Shown: one piece after another, positions 1 through 13,734 of the stretch
Numbering within the stretch: the first letter of the stretch is position 1
Layout: each line of letters opens with the position of its first letter
Source of the DNA: Octopus vulgaris
Taxonomy: Eukaryota
Direction of reading: 5' to 3'
NCBI GenBank assembly: GCA_951406725.2
Contig: OX597838.1
Location: 7,626,001-7,690,000, forward strand
DNA: 64,000 nt
Made by a program: the position numbers and the translations under genes
Notes under the pieces: model-generated
Seen by the model: only the letters and a program-made list of their open reading frames with translations
Told to the model about the DNA's origin: nothing
Databases searched by the model: none

Positions 1-285
1 GCCATGTCTGGTTCATGAGGGCCGGTTTTCCGGTTCCATTGGCGTATACGTTCCCCACCTTGGCGGGACGTAAGTCTGTCACATGTGAGCTGCTAGATGC
101 AGGAGAAAAGAGTGAGACAAAGGTGTGGCGAAGGAATCAACAGAAATTCGCCATAACCTTCTCTCGGAGCAGCATGGAGCTTAGGTGTTTTGCTCGTAAT
201 CACACACATCGCCCGGTCTGAGATTCGAACCCGCGATCCCTCAACTGCGAGTCCGCTGCTCTAGCCACGAGTTCAAGTACCTCCA
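1..285 (-). mobile_element. tRNA-derived SINE, family C (cut by window edge)
   Basis: Minus strand begins TGGAGG..GTGGCTAGAGCAGCGGACTCGCAGTTGAGGGATCGCGGGTTCGAATCTCAGACCGGGCG, a tRNA-like A/B-box head. The same head occurs at 34742. Confidence 0.75.
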
Positions 286-617
286 ATAAATCTATATACA
301 ATCATTAATAAGTAGAACGTATCAAAATCATTGGTAATTAGCACTACATTTCCGTACATTCATTTAGTTTCACAGTGGCAGGCTAATATTGTATTTAAGG
401 TCAGACCAAACATGTTTGGGAACCACGAAAATAAACCCTCTTCTGAATTTTGAGAAAGCCAGACTTGTCAAGAACTAAATCAATGAACTTCTAATAACTA
501 TACAAGAACCCTAGACAATATTATAAAAAACATTCTCAGATGAGTTTCATATTATTTCTGTTAATTACTGTGGATCACATTATCAATCGCTTGCTCTCAA
601 TTTAATATTGCAACACT

Positions 618-818
618 AAGGCGGTAATATGGCAGTATCGTTAGCGCTCGGCACTTCGTCCTTCACGTTCTAAGTTCATATTCCGCCAAGGTCGACTTTA
701 CATTTCATCGTTTCTAGATTGAGGAAATACGTACCAGCGGGACGCTGGGATCTGTGTAATGTAATGGGTTTAACACCTCACCTGAACCAGCTGACCTTGG
801 GCCAAGATTTGAAATCAA
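618..818 (+). mobile_element. SINE family A, diverged copy
   Basis: AAGGCGG..TGGCAG.ATCGTTAGC head and TTCCGCCAAGGTCGACTTT body match the copies at 18772 and 25880. Confidence 0.7.
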
Positions 819-865
819 TATTGTAATGTTAACGCAAGAAATCATATAATAACTCCTATGTTTAT

Positions 866-1090
866 TTTTTATTGCTCACAGGGGGATAAACATAGAGGGG
901 AAAAACAAGGACAGGCAAATATTTTAAGTCCATTATATCGACCCCGGTGCGTAACTAGTACTGATTTAATCGACCCTGAATGGATGAAAGTCGACCTCGG
1001 GGGATTTTTGAACTCAGAACGTAACAGCAGACCAAACACCGCTAAGCATTTCGCCCGGCGTGCTAACGAGATTCTGCGAGCTCACTGCCC
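866..1090 (-). mobile_element. SINE family A
   Basis: Matches 59895-60131 (GTCGACCTCGG..TTTGAACTCAGAACG..CCGCTAAGCATTTCGCCCGGCGTGCTAACG). Confidence 0.8.
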
Positions 1091-1459
1091 TACTATATTA
1101 TATTATCCCTGATCCAGATATGTATGCTTTGATAATTGGTTAATATTATGTTCATTAAATAATTAAACACAAAATTGATATTTTTACATCTATCCTATCA
1201 TTATACAGTGATGTAGAATCATGAAAGGCGTATTTCGTTCTTCAGATCAGAAAAGGGACACTTAAAATATATCCAGAATGGGCAGTGTTAGCATTTCTCC
1301 ATCGATTCATCTTAGTGTCTTGTTCAGATCCGATTATTTTCTTAACTGACTGAGAAAAATGAGAAGCAAATTTTTATATGCATGCATTAACCATGTATAC
1401 AAACAAATATTTAACATAAGTTTTACCCATCATGCAACTCTACATTGCTGAACGTGAAT

Positions 1460-1900
1460 CAAAGGAACCGACGAAAATTTAGCGTCGTTCACATTTGGCA
1501 GAAGTAAGTTTCACAGGCGATAGCATATCCTTAACAAAGTCCTGTATGGTGAACTGCATACACCCAAGAAACTCCTCCTTATCAGGCTTTATTCAATGCA
1601 GATGAAATCGGCATTTTTCTGGGAAAGAACTGTATTTAGCATCTTTGATCTCCCACAAAGAAAGAAACCGCTTCTCGGTTGAACGACGAGAAAACCATGC
1701 ATGGCCATTTCTCGATTTTAGAGACATCAAGCAGAAAAAGAAGATAATGCTCATTCATCATTGAAGCATAACATGACAAATGAGAAATATCGAAAATTTA
1801 TCGCTTTCTGATTTGAATGCACAATACAGGATGAGCTGAAACAAAATTTAAATCCATTGTTACAGGAGTAACTTGCTGTGGTGGCTACAATGAGTAAAAG
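1460..1900 (+). pseudogene. decayed pogo/Tigger-family transposase fragment
   Basis: Broken frames give KF*RRSHLAEVSFTGDS and FNADEIGIF(W), resembling the pogo/Tigger F..R....GES and FNADETGLFW motifs. The right boundary is approximate. Confidence 0.5.
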
Positions 1901-2466
1901 CGATGTTGTAATAAGACTAGTGCTGATATGTTTTAAATGTTGTGAGAAAAAGATATTTTTTATTAATGATTACTGAGAAGAAACAGTGATTGGCTAATAC
2001 ATTCTTGTCGGGAATATATGGGAGATAATTTCGATAATGTAGTTTAAATGAATAAAACTAAAACGCGACAAATTTTTAGCAGCAAATGTTGTAATTCTTC
2101 AGCCAGCCCGAAATCAAATGTATATTTATCCCTCTGTATGTACATATATGTGTGAGGGTGTCTGTGCGCGTTTGTGTGTATGTGTATGAGAGTGTGTGTG
2201 CTTGTGCTTGTGATTGTGTGTGTTTGTGTGTTTGTGTGTGTGTGTGTGTTTGTGTGTGGGGGGATAATTTTGTGTATATGTGTGTGTGTGTGTGCAAGTG
2301 AGTGAGTGAATGTGTGTGTGTGTGTGTGTGTGTGTGTTTGTGTGTGTGCGTTTACAGAGAATGAGAGATATGATGATATATACATAGACAGACAAAGGTT
2401 TGGAGGAAACATGCTTTCCTGTAAAGATAGATTTTAGACAGTTTATTGGAACCAGGAGTAACTTAC

Positions 2467-2736
2467 CGTTATGCCCGCGAGTGTTAGGTTAGTTGCGAAG
2501 GATAGGAGAGACGTTACCAGAAAATTGTCGAAAGCCGCTGAGAAAGCAACATATCGCTCAAGACAGACGGTAAACGAAGGAGCATTGAGAATAGTAGGAA
2601 CTGACCCAAAGGGGCAACATCTGAATCGACAAAGCTCGTAATGGTTTACGCGTGATTTGTTGCTCTCGTATCGGTGTAGAAAGAGGCCGATACAGATACA
2701 CAGCCGCTTCAAAGCCTGATGGGTCATAGACACCAC
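2467..2736 (-). CDS. internal coding exon (270 bp, phase 0-0) of an unidentified gene; tentative GREB1-family resemblance
   Basis: Acceptor ttcaatttcag|GTG at 2737/2736 and donor ACG|gtaagt at 2467/2466 bound exactly 90 open codons of non-repetitive peptide: VVSMTHQALKRLCICIGLFLHRYESNKSRVNHYELCRFRCCPFGSVPTILNAPSFTVCLERYVAFSAAFDNFLVTSLLSFATNLTLAGIT. The family resemblance is from memory and unverified. Confidence 0.6.
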
Positions 2737-3103
2737 CTGAAATTGAATAAAGCAGTATCATCAGCACACACCGGTTTACTTCAAATGTAGTTAAATATAA
2801 ACAAACACCGCAGTTAAGAACAGACGACCGAGTCCAATCAAGTCGAAACACCGGTGTCACAAAGTCTGCCGATGTCACTGAAGCCAGTGTGATATATTGA
2901 CACATCATTGCTTTATACACACACGCACACACAAACAAACACACACTAACACAAGTATATATATATGTATATGTATGTTCTTTTCTTGTTCTTTTATTCT
3001 TTTATTTGTTTCAGTCATTTGGCTGCGGCCATGCTGGAGCACCGCCTTTATACGGGCAAATCGGTCCAAGCACTTATTCTTTGTTAGCCTAGTTTATCGG
3101 TCT

Positions 3104-3148
<45 letters not shown>

Positions 3149-3689
3149 GTAAATTCCTCCAATTGGTTAAGAGGAAGACATAATCTTACCGGGTCCCGCC
3201 TGCAGCGGAAATAAGTGTGGGTGATGAAAAATAGTGGTGTGATTAACTGCATTATAGAACCTGGGCGTGTAAATCTCTGTTCTCCTGATATTTATAAATA
3301 TATATTTATTGTATTGTGTACCTTTATTGTACTGCGCCCATGCTAGGGCAACACATTGAACAATTTTAGCCGAATGAATCAACCCCCGCTACTTGTTTTT
3401 CTTTTCCCTTTCAAGACTGGTACTATTTTTATTGGCGTCTTTTGACGAACCACTATGTTGAAGAGATTTAGATTAAAAAGCACCGATTGTCACGCTGTGG
3501 CTGGTGACACATACAAACACAAAGACGCTTAGATCTTACATATATATGCATATATGTATGTACGACTAGCTACTTTTAGTATATGTCTGCCGAATCCATT
3601 TGCAAGTTTATTTTGGTGGACTGGGGCTATAGGAGAAGACAACAGAGCAAGGTACCATGCACTGGAACTGAATAATCAACCATGTGCTG

Positions 3690-3886
3690 TCTCTTTACTC
3701 TTTACTCTTTTACTTGTTTCAGTCATTTGACCGTGGCCATGCTGGAGCATCGACCCCAGGACTTATTCTTTGTAAGTCTAGTACTTATTGTATCGGTCTC
3801 TTTTGCCGAACCGCTGAGTTACGGGGACGTAAACACACCAGCATCGGTTATCAACCGATGTTGGGGGAACAAACACAGACACACAA

Positions 3887-3921
<35 letters not shown>

Positions 3922-4085
3922 CATATATACAATGGGCTTCTTTCTGTTTCCGCCTACCACACCCACTCAAAGGCTTTGGTCGGCCCGAGGATATAGTAGA
4001 AGACACTTGCCCAAGGTGCCACGCAGTGGGACTGAACCCGGAACCCCGTGGTTCGTAAGCAAGCTACTTACCACACGGCCACTCC
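3690..4085 (-). mobile_element. SINE family B, full length
   Basis: Reverse complement of 35017-35437: tRNA-like head, CCTTGGGCAAGTG body, internal (TA)n(TG)n, (GTAAAAGA)n tail. Partial or diverged copies lie at about 2985-3105 and 3335-3685. Confidence 0.9.
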
Positions 4086-4814
4086 ACGTGCTGTGTCATG
4101 TTTGTGCTTTGTCCCCTTATTTCAAGGCTTCTACAGCAATGTGAGATTTGAATCTGTCTATTCAGGTAACAATGTCTACGTACAGCTCCATATACGTCTG
4201 GAAACCACACAAACCCACACTTACTATCGACAATAAGTGAAGTTAAGCGGCTAAAGACTGCTTATCATACCATATTTTCACAATATATATTTTCAACATT
4301 ATTATTGCTTTATCTTTTATATTTGTATTAAATTACTTTTGTAAAATCGTCCAGCCATTGATAAATGTAATACGAGATATTAATTTTCTAAAACAACACT
4401 TAATATAATACATGAAACTAAACTTAAGAGAGACATCTAGGCACGATTTAGTGAGCGAAACTAAAATTAAGATGGCAGCTATAAATTTGATTGTATACTA
4501 TTCCGGGTGTAATGGCGGTACTCAGATAATGCATGACAGATAAAATACGATATTGTTTAATTAATTATTTTGGCTGTAATTTATCCCTCGAGCCAAAACA
4601 TGTTTTGATGGAAAAGAATGGTGTACTTCCTCGACACAAAACAACTATTTATGAGTGTTGCTATATCTGTGGCTTCTTCCTCACGTACGCACGTGTGTGC
4701 GTGTGTATTATGTGCAGACACGTGCTAGATGTATGTGTGTGTGTATGTGTATTTGTATATGTAAAATTATGTACATACATACACAGATATACACACATAT
4801 ATGAATAAGCATGA

Positions 4815-4863
<49 letters not shown>

Positions 4864-4890
4864 CGTGTCTGTGTATGTATGTATATATAT

Positions 4891-5039
<149 letters not shown>

Positions 5040-5860
5040 CAGCTTGGTGTCTGTCCGTCAGTCTTTCTTACTGTCTGTGCATGTATGTATATACGGATTG
5101 TTATGTAGAAGAATGTATTGCGTTATGTGTATAAGTGTGTTTGTGCGAGTGTGTGTCTCTGTGAGTGTGTATGTGTGTATATACGTATTGTTATGTATAT
5201 GTATGCATTGCGTTGTATGTGTGTGTGTTGTGTGTGAGTGTAACTGTGTGTGTGAGTATTCCTGTAAATAAATTCGTACATATATGCGTGTGTATATTTA
5301 TTATTTTTTCCATTAAACTCTATTTTATCAACGTTAACATATAATAATATTTGCATATTACATTACATAGGTAGTTTACAATGCTGATTATCTTTCGTCT
5401 CAACCGTAGACAATTTAAAGATAAATGAATAAATATATGTCTTTGCGCGCAAGTGTGTGTGTGTGTATGTGTGTGTGTGCGGATATACATGTGTCCGTAG
5501 TTTTCTCTTTAAACGCTAACATGCGACAATGTATGTGTATAAGATTTTCAGCAGTACATATGTGTGTACAGCTGTAAAACTTTTCTCTCTATAGCCGTGA
5601 GAACTGAACAATCTCCTATAAATTTATATATTTATTTAGAATTTATCAAGCCAGATCTCCCATTTCTCACTCGCCTTCTACTTAATCTTTATCTTACAGA
5701 CTTCTATGTCGCCCTGTCGGTCAGCGTGTCTCGCTTTCTCTTCACTTGTCTTCCTCCCTTTCTTTCTCTCTATCTAGCTGTAGTGAATCCCTGGCAGGAG
5801 AGGAATGGTGTGCCTGGCCCCATATATATGTATACAAATATATATATGTATGTATGTATG

Positions 5861-5927
<67 letters not shown>

Positions 5928-5952
5928 GTATGTATGTATGTATATATATTTA

Positions 5953-6790
5953 TGGTGGTTGTCTACTCATTATGCAGAGTTTGACCACCTCCCGTGCCTA
6001 CACCTGAGCACCATCGTGGCATCTGATGTGGGTTTTTAATCAGACAATCTTTTGAGAAAACACCCACATAGTTTGTATATCCGATTTGGACCACCAAGAA
6101 CTGCAGATAGGTTCTGATCTTTGTGGATCTCATAATGTCTTTTGAAGCGTCCATTAGATTTACGGACCTTTTGGCATACATTGTATTGAAACGTGTGCAC
6201 AGATAGAATAGTTCGTGGAGGTTCGTATTCCATGAGTTCGCAAATGAGATTTGAGCCCAGCAAAAGAAAGGCAGAGTCTGTCACAAACTGTGTACGCAAA
6301 AAGGTTCTTGTGATTCACCTTCTCGATCGTAACATTATTTCTTAAATCTTTCTTGTGTCTTGCATGCGTTATCCTGGCCTCTTCAAATTCTTTCATTCCA
6401 CTCCACAGTTTTGTTCGCCATCCAGCTCGATCCGAAGCAAGGGTTTCTATGTCTTCTGGATCCATTGCAAGTGACTTCATAGTAGTCCTAATGCCGTCCT
6501 TAAGCCCTTTTTTTTCGGTTTTATGCTGATAGAGATTCCCTTCTGCAAGCTCCCCATAAAACAGCTGTTTGCGCATACGTTCATACGCCATTCGAACAAT
6601 ATGGCCAGACCGTCTCATTTGCTTTCTCAAAATCATAGCTTTAATGGAGGCGATGCCTGTAGATGCAAGGACAGCTGTGTTCGGTGTAAAAGAACTCCAT
6701 TTAAGGTCTAAAATGTGATGAAGGCATTTTTCATGGAATTGTTTCATAACGTGCCCGTGTTTCAGAAGAATACAAGGCAGCGTTGAAGAG
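5953..6790 (-). mobile_element. RTE-clade (BovB-like) LINE, 3' portion
   Basis: ORF 6160-6822 encodes FHEKCLHHILDLKW..NTAVL..GHIVRM..RMRKQLFYGEL..ASDRAGWR followed by the C2H2 motif VCDRLCLSFAGLKSHLRTH, typical of an RTE ORF C-terminus. Confidence 0.85.
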
Positions 6791-6829
6791 AATAAAACTT
6801 GAGCTTTTCTAGTCAACCCCAATAGTTAA

Positions 6830-7185
6830 AGCCTATCATGCCATCTATCTTTTTTTGTAATAAACCTTTGATGTGCTTCAATTTTCATGATACTTTGTTT
6901 CGTGTAAGGAGTCCACGGGCAGCAACATTATTCAGGGTGGAGTCGGGAAAATGTAGAGAAGAGAATGATAATGGTGTAGGTATCGACTGGAAAGTTCTGA
7001 GAATCTGGGAACACATTCTGCGGGCCATGTCAACTTTTATGTTTATATGAGCGGCCCAGTTTGAGTTGTTGTCCACAATTACTCCCAAGTCTTTGATGTT
7101 GTTGGATGCCTTGAGACTTTCACATGAAGGAAGAGAGTATGGGAGTTTCAGGGTATCCTCTTTTCTGAAGCATGTGTTAATCCTC
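6830..7185 (-). mobile_element. CR1/L2-group LINE reverse transcriptase fragment
   Basis: IKDLGVIVDNNSNWAAHINIKVDMARRMCSQILRTF matches the late RT / thumb motif of CR1-like LINEs. Confidence 0.75.
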
Positions 7186-7504
7186 AACATATATATAATT
7201 GTTCTCAGGAACTATTAGACCTGACACCGTGTATTAACTGGTGTTGTTCAAACGATGAATAGATTTGCGTAAACCATGGTTCGTTTTGTTCTCTTACTTT
7301 ATTATCATCTTATAATCATCTCATAATAATGACTTTTATGACTCGTATTACTACCTCAATTAATCTAAATGTATATATTTGTCTTTACCTGTCATAAATA
7401 GCCTTTTTTCATTTGCAATGTGCATTTTCGTTGATTTTTCATATTTTACCCTTACATTTCCACGTGTATTTTATATTTTCTTTTCGTAACATATTTCTAC
7501 TATA

Positions 7505-7547
<43 letters not shown>

Positions 7548-7708
7548 TTTCGAATTTGTGTGTAATTGTCTAAATACTTATGGTTGGTTGGATACTTGCA
7601 TGTGCTCTTTTCATCAGTGCCATTTTCCATGCCGCTAAGGGATGCTGTCGCCTGGGAAACAATTACGCACACACACGCACGTGCGTGCATACTTATATCA
7701 ATGTACAT

Positions 7709-7750
<42 letters not shown>

Positions 7751-8859
7751 TTGTGTGTGTGTGAATGTGCCTGTGATCTATCGGGCAACTGTCCGTGTCA
7801 ATTTAGATGCGTTTCTCCCACGCTCCTCCCAATCAGTTATCTAACCATCTTCTCCCAAGTGTCCAGCAGCCAATATTATGCACATCTACAGAGACAGCAT
7901 CATCATCAGGATCACAAAGCAAAAACCATGATCTCCATCATCAAACTTATCGTTTTTTTAAACTTCGATCTCGACGTCAACAACATCCTTCCCCTCTACC
8001 TCCCCTTCCTCCTCATCCTCCTCTCCCTCCTTCACATCAGCGTTATAATAATTATTATATAATTATTGTTTATTGTCATCATCGTCGTCGTTGACGTCAT
8101 CGTCGTCAGTATCTTCATCATCACAGCCACCAACCAACATCACGGTTGTCATGACCTCTGACGATATGACTATTATCACATTATTCCTCCACGTCCGCGC
8201 TGTAGTCGTCGTCGTCGTTATCATCAACATCATCACCAACATCATCACCAACATCATCATCAGCAGCAGCAGCAGCATCAGCAGCCGTTCAAGAATTTGA
8301 ACCTGGAGGTCTCCATTTCCTGCGACTTCGAGGACCGCCTCCCAGTGGTGTCGGGCGTCAACGAAGAGCCCTCGACTACAACAAGACGACCAAAGTTTTT
8401 TTTTTCCAAGGTCTGGGGTCTCCCGCCCCTAACCCCTAGGCCATCACCTAATCACCTTTACCTGTCTTGTCGCTTAACAACAACAACAACAACAGCAGCA
8501 GCAACATATTCAGCGGCATCCGCATCCGCTGCACTGCATCAGTTGTCATTTCAGAGCTGTTCTTTTCTGTAGATAGATGGCCTCCGTTGCGTCTTGCGCA
8601 CTCCATCCATTTATCATCTCTACAATAGGGACAGACCAGGTTTTGTTAATTGATGAGGTTATTGAGACGGATTTTGCTTCGTCGTAATCATCATCATTAT
8701 CATCATCAGCAGCAGGAGCACAGAAACAGCATCATTAGCATCATTTTCGTGATTATTATCGTCACAAACGTTATCGTCTTCGTCGCTGTCTTCAGCATCA
8801 CCGGTCATCACCATATCTCTCCGCTGCTTCCACTGCTTTCTCATAACCATCACCATCGT

Positions 8860-8905
8860 CGTCATCCTCGCCATCACCATCATCACCACCACCATCATCA
8901 TCATT

Positions 8906-8953
<48 letters not shown>

Positions 8954-8979
8954 GTCATCATTAGCATAATCATCATCAC

Positions 8980-9010
<31 letters not shown>

Positions 9011-9120
9011 GTCATCATCATCATCGTCATCATTATCATCATCATTAGCATAATCATCATCACTATCATCATCAGCATCATCATCATCATCGTCATCATT
9101 ATCATCGTCATCATTAGCAT

Positions 9121-9175
<55 letters not shown>

Positions 9176-9410
9176 GTCATCATTATCATCATCATTAGCA
9201 TAATCATCATCACCATCATCATCATCATCATCATCATTATCATCAACAGCAGCATCAGCTGCATCATTATTATCATCGTCAACATCATCATCGTCATCAT
9301 CATTATCATCATCATGACCATCATAACCGTCATCATTATCATCATCCTCATAATCATCATCATCGTCACCAACATCGTCATTACCATCGTCGTTGTCACC
9401 CTCATCCTCA
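8860..9410. repeat. (CAT)n microsatellite with higher-order duplicated variants
   Basis: The variant CATTAGCATAATCATCATC recurs four times (about 8958, 9042, 9112, 9193). Confidence 0.95.
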
Positions 9411-9677
9411 TCTTCTCATCGAAGTCACCGCCATTTTCTTCATCGTCAAAATCATAAGCAATAATCGACAGAGGAACAGCAGCAGAACCTGTCCAAACAA
9501 TAGCAACATAAACTATCAACAACTACAGCAGCATTCAACAGCACCATACCACCACCATACCACCACCATACCACCAGCTTTGTAAAACATGGCCTTTGTT
9601 ACCTTGCAGTGTCTGATGATTACCGAAAAAGGGCATTTTATGTTTTCAAATTTTATTTCATCTTTACATTGCTATTC

Positions 9678-9743
<66 letters not shown>

Positions 9744-9766
9744 TACTACTACTTCTACTACTTCTT

Positions 9767-9838
<72 letters not shown>

Positions 9839-10013
9839 TTATTACTATTACTACTATTATTATTATTATTACTATTATTATTATTATTATTACTACTACT
9901 ACTACTACTATTATTACTATTACTACTATTATTATTATTATTACTATTATTATTATTATTATTACTACTACTACTACTACTACTGCTGCTACTAATACTA
10001 TTATTACTATTAC

Positions 10014-10085
<72 letters not shown>

Positions 10086-10150
10086 TACGATTATTTTTAT
10101 TATTATTACTACTACGATTATTATTATTATTATTATTTTGATTATATTAT
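9678..10150. repeat. compound (TAT)n/(TAC)n microsatellite
   Basis: Direct reading. Confidence 0.95.
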
Positions 10151-10826
10151 AATTGTTGTTGTTATTATTATCATCGTTATTACTAGTATTGGTATTATTA
10201 GTATCATATTATTATTTTTATTATCATGATCACTATTATTTCAGTAAAGTTTACTCAACCATCCTCTCTCTCTCTCTCTCTCACTCTTTCTGTCTCTCTC
10301 TCTCTCACTCTTTCTGTCTCTCTCTTTCTCTCTCAGCCACCCAACATCGCACTGCCGTTGCCATCCCCACCAGGTATTTGTTAATCTTAATAGCTGGATT
10401 TATTTGATATTTTCGATTTATTTCGAATGTGTACGACGAGACTTCAGTTTGATGTTACAGTTGAATATTTTCGTTAAATTCCCACAAGTATAAACTGATT
10501 AATAAAATTCTATTAAACGGCCAAATTGTCGATTCATATGAGAAATATAACGGTAAATAGTTCTACAGAATTCAGCTATTCAAAAATGATTGGATTTTAA
10601 TTAAAATTGTTTTTGAAAAAAATAAATATCATCGAACGAAAAAAAAAATGAAGTTATCAGAAAAATTCAACCGAAAATAAACAGCCTCAGCGAAATATAA
10701 ATAGACTTTAAATGTAACTGTTTTATTTGGCCCTGAAGGGGAAAAAAAATTAAAATAAAATTTTTATACAAACCGCAGATGAAAATAAAATGTTTACCCG
10801 TAATATTCTCTAAAAGTATAATAATG

Positions 10827-10905
<79 letters not shown>

Positions 10906-11033
10906 CAACATTAGTAATAGTAATAGCGTTAAAAAAATAGTTTATAGTTATAATTTTTGAAAATTATTTTTATTGCTATCATAATATTTGTCGTTGCTGT
11001 TGTTGTTGTTGTTGTTGTTATCATCATCATCAA

Positions 11034-11081
<48 letters not shown>

Positions 11082-11201
11082 TTTTTAATCACGTAAACGA
11101 TGAAAAATTATAATCGTAATTGAAAAAAAAACTGAAAATGAGATTAAATTGTGTGCCGAAAATATGCTTTCAAACAATAATACATATAATATCAGTTTTA
11201 A

Positions 11202-11251
<50 letters not shown>

Positions 11252-11553
11252 TTACTACTACTACTACTACTACTAAATTTATCGACCCCCGAAAAGATGA
11301 AAGGCAGTGTTGAGCTCGGCAGAATTTCTACTCAGGACGTAATCACGGATGAAATGCCGCTAAGCATTTTGTCCGGGATAATAACGATTCTGTCAGATAA
11401 AATTAGTGTTCGTGATGATGGTGGCTATGATAATGATATTGGTAACTATATAAAGCTTTTATAATCATTCATTAAGGTGGCGAGAGACAGAGAGAGCATG
11501 CTTTACTACTGCTCATTAAAAGTATACTTCGCAGAACGGGTATATATATATAT

Positions 11554-11715
11554 GGGGCTGTGTGGTAAGTAGCTTGCTAACCAGCCACATTGTTCCGGGT
11601 TCAGTCCCACTGCGTGGCATCTTGGGCAAGTGTCTTCTGCTATAGCCCCGGGCCGACCAATGCCTTGTGAGTGGATTTGGTAGACGGAAACTGAAAGAAG
11701 CCTGTCGTATTTATG

Positions 11716-11746
<31 letters not shown>

Positions 11747-11956
11747 TTGTGTATCTGTGTTTGTCCCCCTAGCATTGCGTGACAACCGATGCTGGTGTGT
11801 TTACATCCCCGTCAATTAGCGGTTCGGCAAAAGTGACCGATAGAATAAGTACTGGGCTAACAAAGAATAAGTCCCGGGGGCGATTTGCTCGACTAAAGGC
11901 AGTGCTCCAGCATGACCGCAGTCAAATGACTGAAACAAGTAAAAGAGTAAAAGAGT
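11554..11956 (+). mobile_element. SINE family B, near full length
   Basis: Co-linear with 35017-35437. Confidence 0.9.
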
Positions 11957-12179
11957 ATATATGTGTGTGTATAAGTGTATGTAAGTGTATATGTTTGCAA
12001 GACAATTTACTTCACGCTGCTCCAGTCCACTCAGCTGGCAAAAATGAGTAGCACCAGTACTTCAAAGGGACCAGCCTTTACACATTCTGTGTCATGCTGA
12101 ATGTCCCTGGGAACAATTGCGTTAAGGGCACACGTGTCTGTGGAGTGCTCAACCTATTGCACGGCAATTTTACGAACAA

Positions 12180-12640
12180 TTGAGGAAGTTGTCTGCATGA
12201 CTGGTGTCTCCTGGAACTCCCACCAACGAAATTTTTGAGTGCGGAATTGCGAATGAAAAGATTTGCAGCAAAAATTTGTGCCTCGCTTGTTCACGGAAGA
12301 TCGCAAGCAGTCAAGATTGAATCCGTGTCGTGAAAAGAAAGATCAGTTGTAAGTTGATTCACATGGCTTTTTGTGTTTTTTTTTCAAAAGTCATCAGTGG
12401 TGACGAAAGCTGGTGCTACGGAATTTGCAGATGTGGAAGAGGTGAAGGCAAAAATGGCGGTGGCATTAAAAGACATCACATTGTAAGAGTTCCAGCAATG
12501 CTTCGAACATTGGAAAACGCGTCTGGACCGATGCATTGCTTCAAATGGAGAATAATTTGGAGGTGTTAAAAGTGTAAACATGTAAAACTACGTGAATAGA
12601 ATAATACTGCAAAATTCCGCTTTCTTTAGGGTAGCGATTC
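12180..12640 (+). mobile_element. mariner transposase remnant with internal deletion
   Basis: MKRFAA(K)FVPRLFTED..FSKVISGDESWCYG is joined directly to FADVEEVK..EFQQCFEHWKTRLDRCIASNGE*F, i.e. the WVPREL-like linker, first catalytic D and C-terminus of mariner. Confidence 0.85.
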
Positions 12641-13312
12641 GTATAGCTAAATACGAAGCGTTCTAAGATAAATTCCACATAAAATTTATTCCTTGAAGAA
12701 AATAACTTTATTAAAATTCTGCACGAAATATCGACTCTTGTCAGGTTTTTTTGTTTTTCTTTCAGAGAGTTGTCAAACACAATCCATTCACTTATTATTA
12801 GATGCAAGAATGAGTTGGTTCTGAATCAATAACACAAGCAATAAATGGCAGCTAACGAACTGTTTGTTCCCCATAAAACGTGTGTTTTATTGTAAATGAA
12901 AATATAGTCAACTAGAAAGACCATACGAGTAGTCTTGATAACGAGAGAAAAGACATATCTTAAAATACATATATTTGGTGTGTAAAAGTCCAGGAAATTT
13001 GGTCGATGACGAATACTTACGGCTTAAAACAAATGTTTGGTGGGGGAATAACAGTGCAAACAAAATTGGCTGATGTTTAAAAGATTTTTCGCGAGATAAC
13101 CTATTCAGTCATGAGATGTCACGATATAAGTTAACACGGGAGAAATTATGACAGATTCACCACTTCTGAAAAAAATACAATGGGAAAAAATGTATTTCTC
13201 AACACGAGACGAATGTAGAAATATTTTATCGAATATCTCTGTCTAACTCGAGCCATTACATTTCTCTTACCCCCTTTCTCTACATACATACATACATACA
13301 TACATACATACA

Positions 13313-13346
<34 letters not shown>

Positions 13347-13461
13347 CATACATATATACATACATGCATACATACATATACATAAATACGTGCTTGCATA
13401 TATCCATACACACAAAATAGCATACATACATAGACAAATATATAGCTAGCTAGGTGGACAA

Positions 13462-13544
<83 letters not shown>

Positions 13545-13572
13545 TAGATAGATACACAGATAGGTAGGTAGG

Positions 13573-13618
<46 letters not shown>

Positions 13619-13650
13619 CACAGATAGGTAGGTAGGTAGATAGATTCTTT

Positions 13651-13689
<39 letters not shown>

Positions 13690-13694
13690 TCTTT

Positions 13695-13734
<40 letters not shown>
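13462..13734. repeat. compound (GATA)n array, left flank of the Tx1-like LINE
   Basis: (GATA)n containing CACAGATAGGTAGGTAGGT twice and TTCTTT twice. Confidence 0.95.

Noticed and set aside
3190-3284. Possible 95-bp minus-strand exon (tatcag|...CCG|gtaaga), phase-compatible with the 2467-2736 exon
   Set aside because: The acceptor lacks a pyrimidine tract and the peptide is unrecognisable. It needs RNA evidence.
4071-4197. Apparent minus-strand exon with tttccag acceptor and gtaagt donor
   Set aside because: The donor is part of the SINE B head and present in every copy. There is no other support.
8462-8619. AG/GT-bounded open frame on the minus strand (DDKWMECARR...LLLLSDKT)
   Set aside because: The frame is partly microsatellite-derived and has no recognisable homology.
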